Source of the DNA: Escherichia coli
GTDB taxonomy: Bacteria; Pseudomonadota; Gammaproteobacteria; Enterobacterales; Enterobacteriaceae
NCBI RefSeq assembly: GCF_024298765.1
Contig: NZ_CP101210.1
Reading direction: 5' to 3' (one strand)
Length of the DNA: 64,000 nucleotides
The notes below the pieces were generated by a model. That model was not told where the DNA came from. It saw only the letters and a list, made by a program, of their open reading frames with translations, and did no database searches. Position numbers and translations under genes: made by a program. Below, piece after piece: positions 33,319 to 44,356 of the stretch. Numbering within the stretch: position 1 is the stretch's first letter; each line of letters starts with the position of its first letter.

Positions 33319-34440
33319 ATGGCTAAAGTCGCTCTCATTACTGGCATAACCGGACAAGACGGTTCTTACCTGGCAGAGTTTCTGCTGGAAAAAGGTTACG
33401 AGGTGCATGGTATTAAGCGTCGTGCATCGTCATTCAACACCGAGCGCGTGGATCACATTTATCAGGATCCGCACACCTGCAACCCGAAATTCCATCTGCA
33501 TTATGGCGACCTGAGTGATACCTCCAACCTGACGCGCATTTTGTGTGAAGTGCAGCCGGATGAAGTGTACAACCTTGGCGCAATGAGTCACGTTGCGGTC
33601 TCTTTTGAGTCACCGGAATATACCGCAGACGTTGATGCGATGGGTACGCTGCGCCTGCTCGAGGCGATCCGCTTCCTCGGTCTGGAAAAGAAAACCCGTT
33701 TCTATCAGGCTTCCACTTCTGAACTGTACGGTCTGGTGCAGGAGATTCCGCAGAAAGAGACCACGCCGTTCTACCCACGCTCTCCGTATGCAGTCGCCAA
33801 ACTGTACGCCTACTGGATCACCGTTAACTACCGCGAATCCTACGGCATGTACGCCTGTAACGGTATTCTCTTTAACCATGAATCCCCGCGCCGCGGCGAA
33901 ACCTTCGTTACCCGCAAAATCACCCGCGCAATCGCCAACATCGCACAGGGGCTGGAGTCGTGCCTGTACCTCGGCAATATGGATTCCCTGCGTGACTGGG
34001 GCCACGCCAAAGACTACGTAAAAATGCAGTGGATGATGCTGCAACAGGAACAGCCGGAAGATTTCGTCATCGCTACCGGCGTTCAGTATTCCGTGCGTCA
34101 GTTCGTGGAAATGGCGGCAGAGCGAGTCGGAATCAAACTGCGTTTTGAAGGCGCAGGTGTAGATGAGAAAGGGATAGTGGTTTCTGTTAATGGTGAGGAT
34201 GCTCCAGCAGTTAAACCTGGAGATGTAATCGTTAAGGTTGACCCGCGTTACTTCCGTCCGGCTGAAGTTGAAACACTGCTCGGCGACCCGACCAAAGCGC
34301 ACGAAAAACTGGGCTGGAAACCGGAAATCACCCTCAGAGAGATGGTGTCTGAAATGGTGGCTAATGACCTCGAAGCGGCGAAAAAACACTCTCTGCTGAA
34401 ATCTCACGGCTACGACGTGGCGATCGCGCTGGAGTCATAA
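33319..34440 (+). CDS. gmd: GDP-mannose 4,6-dehydratase (O-antigen copy)
   Basis: 373 aa; near-identical to colanic acid gmd apart from a divergent patch at about 34110-34255. Confidence 0.95.
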   Translation: MAKVALITGITGQDGSYLAEFLLEKGYEVHGIKRRASSFNTERVDHIYQDPHTCNPKFHLHYGDLSDTSNLTRILCEVQPDEVYNLGAMSHVAVSFESPEYTADVDAMGTLRLLEAIRFLGLEKKTRFYQASTSELYGLVQEIPQKETTPFYPRSPYAVAKLYAYWITVNYRESYGMYACNGILFNHESPRRGETFVTRKITRAIANIAQGLESCLYLGNMDSLRDWGHAKDYVKMQWMMLQQEQPEDFVIATGVQYSVRQFVEMAAERVGIKLRFEGAGVDEKGIVVSVNGEDAPAVKPGDVIVKVDPRYFRPAEVETLLGDPTKAHEKLGWKPEITLREMVSEMVANDLEAAKKHSLLKSHGYDVAIALES

Positions 34441-34442
34441 GC

Positions 34443-35408
34443 ATGAGTAAACAACGCATTTTTATCGCTGGCCATCGTGGGATGGTCGGTTCTGCCATCA
34501 GGCGGCAGCTCAAACAGCGCGGTGATGTGGAACTGGTATTACGCACCCGCGACGAGCTGAACCTGCTGGACAGCCGCGCGGTGCATGATTTCTTTGCCAG
34601 CGAACGCATTGACCAGGTCTATCTGGCGGCGGCGAAAGTGGGCGGCATTGTTGCCAACAACACCTATCCGGCGGATTTCATCTACCAGAACATGATGATT
34701 GAGAGCAACATCATTCACGCCGCGCATCAGAACGACGTGAACAAACTGCTGTTTCTCGGATCGTCCTGTATCTACCCGAAACTGGCAAAACAGCCGATGG
34801 CAGAAAGCGAGTTATTGCAGGGCACGCTGGAGCCGACCAACGAGCCTTACGCCATTGCCAAAATCGCCGGGATCAAACTGTGCGAATCTTACAACCGCCA
34901 GTATGGACGCGATTACCGCTCAGTCATGCCGACCAACCTGTACGGGCCGCACGACAACTTCCACCCGAGTAACTCGCACGTGATCCCTGCATTGCTGCGT
35001 CGCTTCCACGAGGCGACGGCACAGAATGCGCCGGACGTGGTGGTGTGGGGCAGCGGTACACCGATGCGCGAATTTCTGCACGTTGATGATATGGCAGCGG
35101 CGAGCATTCATGTGATGGAGCTGGCGCACGAAGTCTGGCAGGAGAACACCCGGCCGATGCTGTCGCACATTAACGTCGGCACGGGCGTTGACTGCACTAT
35201 CCGTGAGCTGGCGCAAACCATCGCCAAAGTGGTGGGTTACAAAGGTCGGGTGGTTTTTGATGCCAGCAAACCGGATGGTACGCCGCGCAAACTGCTGGAT
35301 GTGACGCGCCTGCATCAGCTTGGCTGGTATCACGAAATCTCACTGGAAGCGGGGCTTGCCAGCACTTACCTGTGGTTCCTTGAGAATCAAGACCGCTTTC
35401 GGGGGTAA
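34443..35408 (+). CDS. fcl: GDP-L-fucose synthase (O-antigen copy)
   Basis: 321 aa; nucleotide-identical to colanic acid fcl across the whole gene by line-by-line comparison. Confidence 0.95.
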   Translation: MSKQRIFIAGHRGMVGSAIRRQLKQRGDVELVLRTRDELNLLDSRAVHDFFASERIDQVYLAAAKVGGIVANNTYPADFIYQNMMIESNIIHAAHQNDVNKLLFLGSSCIYPKLAKQPMAESELLQGTLEPTNEPYAIAKIAGIKLCESYNRQYGRDYRSVMPTNLYGPHDNFHPSNSHVIPALLRRFHEATAQNAPDVVVWGSGTPMREFLHVDDMAAASIHVMELAHEVWQENTRPMLSHINVGTGVDCTIRELAQTIAKVVGYKGRVVFDASKPDGTPRKLLDVTRLHQLGWYHEISLEAGLASTYLWFLENQDRFRG

Positions 35409-35911
35409 TGATGTTTTTACGTCAGGAAGACTTTGCCACGGTAGTGCGCTCCACCCCGCTTGTCTCCCTCGACTTTATTGTTGAGAACAGTCGCGGCGAG
35501 TTTCTGCTTGGCAAAAGAACCAACCGCCCGGCGCAGGGTTACTGGTTTGTGCCGGGAGGGCGCGTGCAGAAAGACGAAACGCTGGAAGCCGCATTTGAGC
35601 GGCTGACGCTTGCGGAACTGGGGTTGCGTCTGCCGATAACAGCAGGCCAGTTTTACGGTGTCTGGCAGCACTTTTATGACGATAACTTCTCCGGCTCGGA
35701 TTTCACCACTCACTATGTGGTGCTCGGTTTTCGCATCAGAGTAGCGGAAGAAAAGCTGTTACTGCCGGATGAGCAGCATGACGATTACCGCTGGCTGACG
35801 CCGGACGCGTTGCTCGCCAGTGACAATGTTCACGCTAACAGCCGAGCTTATTTTAATCATGATCCAAGAGCTGTTATTGGTTTAGATAAAAAGGATGTCA
35901 AAAATGTCTGA
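35408..35911 (+). CDS. gmm: GDP-mannose mannosyl hydrolase (O-antigen copy, divergent C-terminus)
   Basis: 167 aa; first ~145 aa near-identical to colanic gmm, then diverges after ...NSRAYF; 3' end overlaps manC. Confidence 0.85.
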   Translation: MMFLRQEDFATVVRSTPLVSLDFIVENSRGEFLLGKRTNRPAQGYWFVPGGRVQKDETLEAAFERLTLAELGLRLPITAGQFYGVWQHFYDDNFSGSDFTTHYVVLGFRIRVAEEKLLLPDEQHDDYRWLTPDALLASDNVHANSRAYFNHDPRAVIGLDKKDVKNV

Positions 35912-37352
35912 TGTACCGTTGATTGCTGTTGTAATGGCTGGTGGTACGGGTAGCCGTCTTTGGCCCCTCTCAAGAGAGCACTATCCGAAGCAATTTCTGC
36001 AATTATCAGGTGAGAATACTTTATTACAGTCAACCTTATTACGACTATCCCCGCTTTCTTGCGAAACTCCATTAGTAATAACAAATGAGCAACATCGCTT
36101 TGTGGTTGCAGAACAATTACGTCAAATTGATCAGTTAAGAGATAATATTATTCTTGAGCCATGTGGAAGAAATACGGCTCCCGCCATAGCTCTTTCAGCA
36201 TTTACAGCTTTGAAGCGTAATGAACAACAGGATCCTATTTTGTTGATTCTCGCAGCTGACCATATTATAAGCAAAGCGGATGTTTTTTGTGACGCTATTC
36301 AAAAATCGAAAACTGTAGCTGAACAGGGGAATATTGTAACCTTTGGGATTATACCTGAATATGCGGAAACAGGTTATGGTTATATAAAAAAAGGAGATCC
36401 TTTTAAAATTTTACCAAATATTACTGATGATAAGTTTTATCATGTCCAACAATTTATTGAAAAACCTAACCATTCGACGGCAGAAGAGTATGTTTCCACA
36501 GGAGAATATCTCTGGAATAGTGGAATGTTTATGTTTAAAGCATCAGTATATTTAGAGGAATTGAAAAAGCACAGGCCTGATATATACGAAATCTGTGAGC
36601 AGACAGCTTCATTATCCTATAACGATCTTGATTTCATACGATTGCCTAAACATATTTTCCAAGATTGTCCGTCGGAATCAATTGATTTTGCGGTTATGGA
36701 AAAAACAAAAAATTGCATTGTTCGTCCAGTAGACATCGGGTGGAGTGATGTAGGCTCTTGGCATTCTTTGTGGGATATTAGTGATAAAACGCAGGATGGA
36801 GATGTCTGTAAAGGTGATATTCTAACTTATAACACTAAAAACAATTATATATATTGTGAATCAGCCCTAGTGGCTGCTGTAGGTGTAGAAGATATAGTTA
36901 TTGTTCAAACAAAAGATGCTATTCTCGTGTCCAAAAAAACTGAGGTTCAGGATGTAAAAAAAATAGTAGAAATGCTTAAGGAACATGAGCGCTCAGAGTA
37001 TATATCGCATCGAGAGGAGTTTCGGCCTTGGGGAAAATTTGATGCGATAGATCAGGGAGAACGATATAAAGTTAAAAAGATAGTTGTGAAACCCGGCGAA
37101 GGACTATCCTTACGAATGCACCATCATCGTTCTGAGCATTGGATTGTTCTTTCCGGCACAGCAAAAGTAACTTTAAACGATAAAACAGTATTGCTTGCTG
37201 CAAATGAATCAATCTACATTCCTCTAGGAGCAACGTATAGTCTTGAAAATCCAGGAATAATCCCTCTGAATCTTATTGAGGTTAGTTCAGGCGATTATTT
37301 AGGTGAGGATGATATTGTACGGCAAAAAGAACGCTACAGAATAGATGACTAA
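35895..37352 (+). CDS. manC: Mannose-1-phosphate guanylyltransferase (O-antigen copy, divergent and AT-rich)
   Basis: 485 aa; [12 protein letters not shown] nucleotidyltransferase motif; clearly diverged from cpsB in protein and composition. Confidence 0.9.
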   Translation: MSKMSDVPLIAVVMAGGTGSRLWPLSREHYPKQFLQLSGENTLLQSTLLRLSPLSCETPLVITNEQHRFVVAEQLRQIDQLRDNIILEPCGRNTAPAIALSAFTALKRNEQQDPILLILAADHIISKADVFCDAIQKSKTVAEQGNIVTFGIIPEYAETGYGYIKKGDPFKILPNITDDKFYHVQQFIEKPNHSTAEEYVSTGEYLWNSGMFMFKASVYLEELKKHRPDIYEICEQTASLSYNDLDFIRLPKHIFQDCPSESIDFAVMEKTKNCIVRPVDIGWSDVGSWHSLWDISDKTQDGDVCKGDILTYNTKNNYIYCESALVAAVGVEDIVIVQTKDAILVSKKTEVQDVKKIVEMLKEHERSEYISHREEFRPWGKFDAIDQGERYKVKKIVVKPGEGLSLRMHHHRSEHWIVLSGTAKVTLNDKTVLLAANESIYIPLGATYSLENPGIIPLNLIEVSSGDYLGEDDIVRQKERYRIDD

Positions 37353-37355
37353 TAT

Positions 37356-38735
37356 ATGAAAAAATTAACCTGCTTTAAAGCCTATGATATTCGCGGGAAA
37401 TTAGGTGAAGAACTGAATGAAGATATCGCCTGGCGCATTGGTCGCGCCTATGGCGAATTTCTCAAACCGAAAACCATTGTGTTAGGCGGTGATGTCCGCC
37501 TCACCAGCGAAACCTTAAAACTGGCGCTGGCAAAAGGTTTGCAGGATGCGGGCGTCGATGTGCTGGATATTGGTATGTCCGGCACCGAAGAGATCTATTT
37601 CGCCACGTTCCATCTCGGCGTGGATGGCGGCATTGAAGTTACCGCCAGTCATAATCCGATGGATTACAACGGCATGAAACTGGTGCGCGAAGGGGCTCGC
37701 CCGATCAGCGGCGATACCGGACTGCGCGATGTCCAGCGTCTGGCAGAAGCCAACGACTTTCCTCCCGTTGATGAAACCAAACGCGGTCGCTATCAGCAAA
37801 TCAACCTGCGTGACGCTTACGTTGATCACCTGTTCGGTTATATCAGTGTCAAAAACCTTACGCCGCTCAAGCTGGTGATTAACTCCGGGAACGGCGCGGC
37901 GGGTCCGGTGGTGGACGCCATTGAAGCCCGCTTTAAAGCCCTCGGCGCACCGGTGGAATTAATCAAAGTACACAACACGCCGGACGGCAATTTCCCCAAC
38001 GGTATTCCTAACCCGTTGCTGCCGGAATGCCGCGACGACACCCGTCATGCGGTCATCAAACACGGCGCGGATATGGGCATTGCCTTTGATGGCGATTTTG
38101 ACCGCTGTTTCCTGTTTGACGAAAAAGGGCAGTTTATCGAGGGCTACTACATTGTCGGCTTGCTGGCACAAGCGTTCCTCGAAAAAAATCCCGGCGCGAA
38201 GATCATCCACGATCCACGTCTCTCCTGGAACACCGTTGATGTGGTGACTGCCGCAGGCGGCACCCCGGTAATGTCGAAAACCGGACACGCCTTTATTAAA
38301 GAACGGATGCGCAAGGAAGACGCCATCTACGGTGGCGAAATGAGCGCCCACCATTACTTCCGTGATTTTGCTTACTGCGACAGCGGCATGATCCCGTGGC
38401 TGCTGGTCGCCGAACTGGTGTGTCTGAAAGGAAAAACGCTGGGCGAACTGGTGCGCGACCGGATGGCAGCATTTCCGGCAAGCGGTGAGATCAACAGCAA
38501 ACTGGCGGACCCCGTTGAGGCGATTAACCGCGTGGAACAGCATTTTAGCCGTGAGGCGCTGGCGGTGGATCGCACCGATGGCATCAGTATGACCTTTGCC
38601 GACTGGCGCTTTAACCTGCGCTCCTCCAACACCGAACCGGTGGTGCGCCTGAATGTGGAATCGCGCGGTAATATAGCATTAATGAATGAACAGGTTGAAT
38701 TTATTACAAAATTTTTAAACGGTGATGGTTTATGA
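37356..38735 (+). CDS. manB: Phosphomannomutase (O-antigen copy)
   Basis: 459 aa; near-identical to cpsG in the stretches compared except the last ~20 codons. Confidence 0.95.
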   Translation: MKKLTCFKAYDIRGKLGEELNEDIAWRIGRAYGEFLKPKTIVLGGDVRLTSETLKLALAKGLQDAGVDVLDIGMSGTEEIYFATFHLGVDGGIEVTASHNPMDYNGMKLVREGARPISGDTGLRDVQRLAEANDFPPVDETKRGRYQQINLRDAYVDHLFGYISVKNLTPLKLVINSGNGAAGPVVDAIEARFKALGAPVELIKVHNTPDGNFPNGIPNPLLPECRDDTRHAVIKHGADMGIAFDGDFDRCFLFDEKGQFIEGYYIVGLLAQAFLEKNPGAKIIHDPRLSWNTVDVVTAAGGTPVMSKTGHAFIKERMRKEDAIYGGEMSAHHYFRDFAYCDSGMIPWLLVAELVCLKGKTLGELVRDRMAAFPASGEINSKLADPVEAINRVEQHFSREALAVDRTDGISMTFADWRFNLRSSNTEPVVRLNVESRGNIALMNEQVEFITKFLNGDGL

Positions 38736-39289
38736 GAATATTAAAAATTATTATAAGTGTATTGTTGTTTATAAAAAAGAAAAGAAAAAAAATACCGGAC
38801 TCAGCAATAATAAACTTAACAAGTCATGTGGATAAACATTCAGTAATTGGAAAGTGTTGTTATATAGGGAAAAATGTATATATAACTAAAAGTATCATTG
38901 GGAATTACACATCTATTGCAAATAATGTCTCAATTGGTCAAGGTGAACATAAGGTTGATGCAGTTAGTACAAGTTCGATGTTCTACGATAATGAATTCGA
39001 AGATTTAACACAAAACGATTGTATTATAGGTAATGATGTGTGGCTCGGTACAGGAGTTACTGTATTACGAGGGGTAAGAATTGGTGATGGTGCTATTATT
39101 GGTGCTAATGCCGTTGTCACAAAAAATATTCCAGATTATTGTATTGCGGTAGGAGTACCTGCGAAAGTAATCAAAAGAAGATTACCAGTAAATGTTACTG
39201 AAAAAATAAAAGAGACTAAATGGTGGAATGATGAATATGAAGTGGCGAAGGATAAAATTATTTGCTTAACAAATGAATTAAAGTTATGA
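38732..39289 (+). CDS. O-acetyltransferase, hexapeptide-repeat (LbH) family
   Basis: 185 aa; repeats such as [31 protein letters not shown]; 4-bp overlap with manB; AT-rich. Confidence 0.75.
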   Translation: MRILKIIISVLLFIKKKRKKIPDSAIINLTSHVDKHSVIGKCCYIGKNVYITKSIIGNYTSIANNVSIGQGEHKVDAVSTSSMFYDNEFEDLTQNDCIIGNDVWLGTGVTVLRGVRIGDGAIIGANAVVTKNIPDYCIAVGVPAKVIKRRLPVNVTEKIKETKWWNDEYEVAKDKIICLTNELKL

Positions 39290-40728
39290 ACAAAAAAGAA
39301 ATAATTATCTTGCTTATAGCCAGAATTCTACAGATTCTCATTAGTTTATTCACAATGAGATTGATGACAACGATTTTAAGCAATGAGCAAATGGGGGAGT
39401 ATTATATTTTTTTAGCAATCTATATGTTGGCATCATTGGGTATAATTAATCCAATAGGACAATATGTGAATCGCAACACTTATTTATGGTGGAGAGAGGG
39501 AGTACTAACCCAATATATTGATCGATATATTAATTTTGTTTTGTGTTTTTCGCTTATTTATGTGATTTTGTATGGACTTGGTGAATGTTTGTTTAAAGGA
39601 ATAAATACACCATTTTGGATGTTATTCTGTTATTTATATATAGTATGTTTATCTCTAAACCAATTTCTATTACATACTTTAAATATCTTAAATTTTAAGA
39701 TAGTATTTTCCATTATGACGTTGATGACTTCTGTATTAAGTTTATCAGGGGCATATTTATTTATTGAATATAGCATAGCTAAACAAACTGTTAGTATATA
39801 TTACTGGGTTGCAGGAATCATAATTGGCAATTTTATTTCTTTATGTATATGCGTTGTATATCTGAGATGTAGAAATACGTTCCAAAAATCAATTCCTAAA
39901 TCTATCAATGTAAGCATAAAAGAAGTTTTTAATTTTTGCTGTCCAATTATGATAACAACTTTGTTCATTTGGTTTCAAAGCTCTGGATATCGATTTGCTG
40001 TCGAGCAAATGTTTGGCTTAAAGTTTTTAGGTATACTAGCTGTATGTTTTGCTGTGTCAGGGCAAATAATGTCAGTGATTGAGTCTTTAGTGACACAGAT
40101 ATTTCAACCAACATTATTTAAGCATATGGATAATGTCAAAAATAGAAAGCAACATCTAGATTTTTATATTAATGAAAATATAGCAATTTATGCTAGTGTA
40201 TTATTTTTTTGTACTTTCTTTATGCGCGAAATATTTTTGGTTTTAGTTGACAATAAATATCTTCCTTACTTCTATATAGGTATAATAGCTTTATGGAGTG
40301 AATTTTTTAGGATATCAACCAATACTTTGTCTTTAGTGTTTTTTTGCGAAAAGAAAATGAAGGTGGGAATTTTTCCTTATTTAATTGGCTCATTAAGTCT
40401 GGCTTTTTCGATCGTCTTGTTCAGGTTGTTAAATGTAAATTTGGGTATTTTAATAGCTTTTGCTATTGGGATTGCACAATTGGCCTCCTTTATCGTTTGC
40501 TTAATTACGGTAAAAAAAATCTCTTATTTTAAAATAAATTCCATCTTCTTAATGAAGAGGATAATAATAGTACTACCTTCTGTGTTAATTGCCCATTGCA
40601 TTCCTAAATTTGAAATGATTAATGCTGTCCATTTTATTATCATTTTCGGTGTCGGTTTATTTTACTTAATCTCTTTAGTTACTTCTTTTATGTTTATTAA
40701 ACAACCAGGAGGTGTTTATGGAAGTTAA
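39286..40728 (+). CDS. wzx: O-antigen flippase (Wzx-like polytopic membrane protein)
   Basis: 480 aa, very hydrophobic with about 12 predicted TM segments; position in O-antigen cluster. Confidence 0.7.
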   Translation: MNKKEIIILLIARILQILISLFTMRLMTTILSNEQMGEYYIFLAIYMLASLGIINPIGQYVNRNTYLWWREGVLTQYIDRYINFVLCFSLIYVILYGLGECLFKGINTPFWMLFCYLYIVCLSLNQFLLHTLNILNFKIVFSIMTLMTSVLSLSGAYLFIEYSIAKQTVSIYYWVAGIIIGNFISLCICVVYLRCRNTFQKSIPKSINVSIKEVFNFCCPIMITTLFIWFQSSGYRFAVEQMFGLKFLGILAVCFAVSGQIMSVIESLVTQIFQPTLFKHMDNVKNRKQHLDFYINENIAIYASVLFFCTFFMREIFLVLVDNKYLPYFYIGIIALWSEFFRISTNTLSLVFFCEKKMKVGIFPYLIGSLSLAFSIVLFRLLNVNLGILIAFAIGIAQLASFIVCLITVKKISYFKINSIFLMKRIIIVLPSVLIAHCIPKFEMINAVHFIIIFGVGLFYLISLVTSFMFIKQPGGVYGS

Positions 40729-41569
40729 AATTATTGGGGGACTTGGCAATCAGATGTTTCAGTATGCAACTGCATTTGCTATTGCAAAAAGAACTCATCA
40801 AAATTTGACTGTTGATATATCTGATGCAGTAAAATATAAAACTCATCCATTAAGATTAGTTGAATTATCTTGTAGTTCAGAATTTGTAAAAAAAGCATGG
40901 CCATTTGAAAAATACTTATTTTCCGAAAAAATCCCACATTTCATGAAAAAAGAAATGTTCAGAAAGCATTACGTTGAGAAAAGTTTAGAGTATGATCCAG
41001 ATATTGATACTAAAAGTATAAATAAAAAAATCGTCGGTTATTTTCAAACTGAAAAATATTTTAAGGAATTTAGGCATGAGTTGATAAAGGAATTTCAACC
41101 TAAAACTAAGTTTAATAGTTATCAAAATGAATTGCTTAATTTAATTAAAGAAAATGATACTTGTTCATTGCATATTAGAAGAGGTGATTATGTTTCCAGT
41201 AAAATAGCAAATGAAACTCATGGTACATGTAGTGAAAAATATTTTGAACGTGCCATTGATTATTTGATGAATAAAGGTGTTATTAATAACAAAACCCTTC
41301 TCTTCATTTTTTCTGATGATATAAAGTGGTGCAGGGAAAATATATTTTTTAATAATCAAATATGTTTTGTTCAAGGTGATGCTTATCATGTTGAATTAGA
41401 TATGTTGCTTATGAGTAAATGTAAAAATAATATAATTTCAAATAGTTCTTTCAGTTGGTGGGCTGCTTGGTTAAATGAAAATAAAAATAAAACAGTAATT
41501 GCTCCGAGTAAATGGTTTAAGAAAGATATTAAACATGATATTATTCCCGAATCGTGGGTAAAATTATGA
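40718..41569 (+). CDS. Alpha-1,2-fucosyltransferase (GT11 family)
   Basis: Start at ATG 40718 with AGGAGG RBS; GT11 signature HIRRGDYV; N-terminal GGLGNQMFQYA; co-located with GDP-fucose genes. Confidence 0.8.
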   Translation: MEVKIIGGLGNQMFQYATAFAIAKRTHQNLTVDISDAVKYKTHPLRLVELSCSSEFVKKAWPFEKYLFSEKIPHFMKKEMFRKHYVEKSLEYDPDIDTKSINKKIVGYFQTEKYFKEFRHELIKEFQPKTKFNSYQNELLNLIKENDTCSLHIRRGDYVSSKIANETHGTCSEKYFERAIDYLMNKGVINNKTLLFIFSDDIKWCRENIFFNNQICFVQGDAYHVELDMLLMSKCKNNIISNSSFSWWAAWLNENKNKTVIAPSKWFKKDIKHDIIPESWVKL

Positions 41570-42432
41570 TGGAAGATACAAAAGAATTAATAACAGTAAT
41601 AATGCCTGTTTATAATGCGGAAAAATACATATATGAATCTATAAAAAGTATTTTGGTGCAGTCATATTCTAATTTTGAGTTCATCATTATTAATGATGGC
41701 TCAAAAGATTCTTCTGGAAAAATTATTGAAAACTTTCTCGATGATACGAGGATACGATATATAAATCGTGAAAATAAAGGTTTGGTCTTCACTCTGAATG
41801 AAGCTATTTCGTTATCAAGAGGAAATTATATTGCTCGAATGGATGCTGATGATATTTCACATCCCCTACGATTAGAAAAGCAACTAAATTTTCTACTAGA
41901 AAATCCAGATATAGCCGTAGTTGGGTGTTCTTCTTTTATTATTGACCAAAATTCTAAGGTTATAAATACGCGAAAACCACCTTTGACACCTTTAGTAAAT
42001 AAAGCATTGCTATTTTTTGGCCCAACATTAACTCATCCATCAGTGATGTTTAATAAAATACTACTTGGAGATCAGCTTTACTACAGTGATAAATATCTTC
42101 ATGTTGAAGATTATGACTTGTGGTTGAGGTTAATTAATCAATACAAAATAGCTAATATCAAAGATGTTCTTTTTTACTATCGAATTAATGAGTCAGGTGT
42201 TTCACAGACTAATTTATTTGAACAAAAAATTAATGCTGCTAAAGCATATAGTGAAATTAAATATGATGGTAAGTATAAAGACTTACTGGAAAAGTTAGAA
42301 GTCATACACCTGAGACATGAAATGGAGAAAAGTAAGGTCTTTCAGGCCGTATTATATATATTATTAAAGTATGAACATGATTCATTATTATTTTTAAAAT
42401 TAGGATATATATTACGATGGTTAATAAAATAA
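41554..42432 (+). CDS. Glycosyltransferase, GT2 family
   Basis: 292 aa; VIMPVYNAEKYI...IIINDGSKDSS and ARMDADD (DXD-type) motifs. Confidence 0.8.
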   Translation: MGKIMMEDTKELITVIMPVYNAEKYIYESIKSILVQSYSNFEFIIINDGSKDSSGKIIENFLDDTRIRYINRENKGLVFTLNEAISLSRGNYIARMDADDISHPLRLEKQLNFLLENPDIAVVGCSSFIIDQNSKVINTRKPPLTPLVNKALLFFGPTLTHPSVMFNKILLGDQLYYSDKYLHVEDYDLWLRLINQYKIANIKDVLFYYRINESGVSQTNLFEQKINAAKAYSEIKYDGKYKDLLEKLEVIHLRHEMEKSKVFQAVLYILLKYEHDSLLFLKLGYILRWLIK

Positions 42433-43316
42433 AAATAGCACTAATAAGTACAGAAAAAGCTAATCTTCCTGAAATTGAAGCCTATAAGGAGTATTTTTCG
42501 GAGCCATTTGATGTCTCTGTTGTTAATAAAAATGATGATTTAAGTTGTTATGATGTTTTATGGTACTTTATGGGGTTTAAAGGTAATAAAATAAACTCTA
42601 AACAGTTCTTGATTCATGAGTTTTCCTCAATTTCAGTACCACCATTTCCAAAAATAAAAAACGTTATCAAGAAATTTATTTTGCCTAAACCTAATTTGAG
42701 GGTTTTTTTAAATAAATCAGTGCAACAACAATTCGATTTTAATGATAGAGTTCCTTTTTGTTACCGAGATATGGGCGTCAATTATAAACCAGTAGTTGAA
42801 AGAAATAATAAAAAATATGATATATTATATGTGGGGGCAATTACTGGTAGAAAACTAGATGATGCATTAAATTTGATTTTGTCATATAAATTAGATTGTA
42901 AAATCGCAATTCTTGGTAAAGTGCCAGAAAAGTTCAAAGAAAAATATAAAAATACTGATGTTATATTTCTTGGGCAAGTTCCTTATAATCGGGTAGCCAC
43001 CATTATTGCAGAATCTAACTTGTGTTTAAATTGGATTCCGAATATTTATCCATATAACATGCAGACATCAACAAAATTCTTAGAGTATCTGGCACAAAAT
43101 AAACAAATAATATCGAATAGCTACCCTTGGGTTGACTCTTATTGTCAACAGCATAATATTGACTATATTAATGTCAATGATTCCAATTCTATTCGACAAG
43201 CATTGAACTCAGTCATAATCCAAAAATCAACACATATCCCCCCAAGTTGGCGAGAGGTTATTATGAATAGCGGGATAGAGAATCACATTAAATCATATTT
43301 TGAGGTAACAAAATGA
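42417..43316 (+). CDS. Putative glycosyltransferase (family not recognisable from motifs)
   Basis: 299 aa, AT-rich, 16-bp overlap with upstream GT2 gene; C-terminal region loosely resembles a GT-B C-terminal domain. Confidence 0.5.
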   Translation: MVNKIKIALISTEKANLPEIEAYKEYFSEPFDVSVVNKNDDLSCYDVLWYFMGFKGNKINSKQFLIHEFSSISVPPFPKIKNVIKKFILPKPNLRVFLNKSVQQQFDFNDRVPFCYRDMGVNYKPVVERNNKKYDILYVGAITGRKLDDALNLILSYKLDCKIAILGKVPEKFKEKYKNTDVIFLGQVPYNRVATIIAESNLCLNWIPNIYPYNMQTSTKFLEYLAQNKQIISNSYPWVDSYCQQHNIDYINVNDSNSIRQALNSVIIQKSTHIPPSWREVIMNSGIENHIKSYFEVTK

Positions 43317-44356
43317 TTTCTTACGGAGTGCTATTTCTCTTCTCTTATATCAATGCTGTACTTCAGAAGAGAGTAACCGTAACGTTACTATTTTTTATAA
43401 TGATAATTGTTTCTTTCTTTAAATATAATATTGGATTTGATTGGGGGAATTATCATGAAATTTACCTTCAGCAAGGAGATGGCTTTTTTTTTAATGAACC
43501 CCTATTTTCTCTCTTAATTATTCTTTCCAATAAGGTTGCATTAGAATATAAATATTTTATATCAATGTGCTCATTAATTACACTGATTGTTTATTATTCT
43601 GGTATGCGGTGTTTTGCAAGAGATATAAAAGAGTTAGCTTTAGCATTAACTTATTTTGTTGTCTCTTATTGCTACTTTGAACACTTTAATATTATTCGAC
43701 AAGCTTTAGCAATCGCTTTATTCTTTTATAGTTGGAAATATATTATTGAGACTAACTTTATAATGTATAGCCTCTTTATTTTTTTTGCATCTATGATTCA
43801 TGCGGCGGCGGTTGTATTGCTCCCATTTTACTTTTTCCTTAGAATTGATAATTTTAAACCTGTATATTATGGTATAGTGGTCTTATTTATTATTATTGTT
43901 GTTAGATTCGATATTAACAGCATCCTTTTAAGTTCACTTAATTTATTTAAAAATTTCGATTTTGTAGCCAGGTATTTAGCAAATTCAACAGATTTGGCTG
44001 ACTTTGCATCAAAAAAATCTGATCTTGGATTAAGTAAGATATACCCAGCAATTATATTTGTTTTCTGTTGTTTTTGGGGAGGGATTAGGTTAGAGTCTCG
44101 AAGAGACTATGTTTTTTTTAATGCTGGCTTTATTGCAATAACTTTACTGCTCTTAAGCTATCAGGTTGATATTTTGTTTAGATTTTTCTCTTTTTTTGAG
44201 ACTTCATTTGTCTTGTTGTACTGCATTATTTTTTCTGGTTTTAATAAAAAAAGTAAAATTATACTGCATATGGTTAATTTAATTGTATATACGGTAATGA
44301 CATTTAACATGTTATCAGTAATGGGCTTGATTCCTTATGAATCATACATTTTCTAA
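43313..44356 (+). CDS. wzy: O-antigen polymerase (Wzy-like polytopic membrane protein)
   Basis: 347 aa, highly hydrophobic and Phe/Ile/Leu-rich, very AT-rich; 4-bp overlap with upstream gene. Confidence 0.6.
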   Translation: MISYGVLFLFSYINAVLQKRVTVTLLFFIMIIVSFFKYNIGFDWGNYHEIYLQQGDGFFFNEPLFSLLIILSNKVALEYKYFISMCSLITLIVYYSGMRCFARDIKELALALTYFVVSYCYFEHFNIIRQALAIALFFYSWKYIIETNFIMYSLFIFFASMIHAAAVVLLPFYFFLRIDNFKPVYYGIVVLFIIIVVRFDINSILLSSLNLFKNFDFVARYLANSTDLADFASKKSDLGLSKIYPAIIFVFCCFWGGIRLESRRDYVFFNAGFIAITLLLLSYQVDILFRFFSFFETSFVLLYCIIFSGFNKKSKIILHMVNLIVYTVMTFNMLSVMGLIPYESYIF

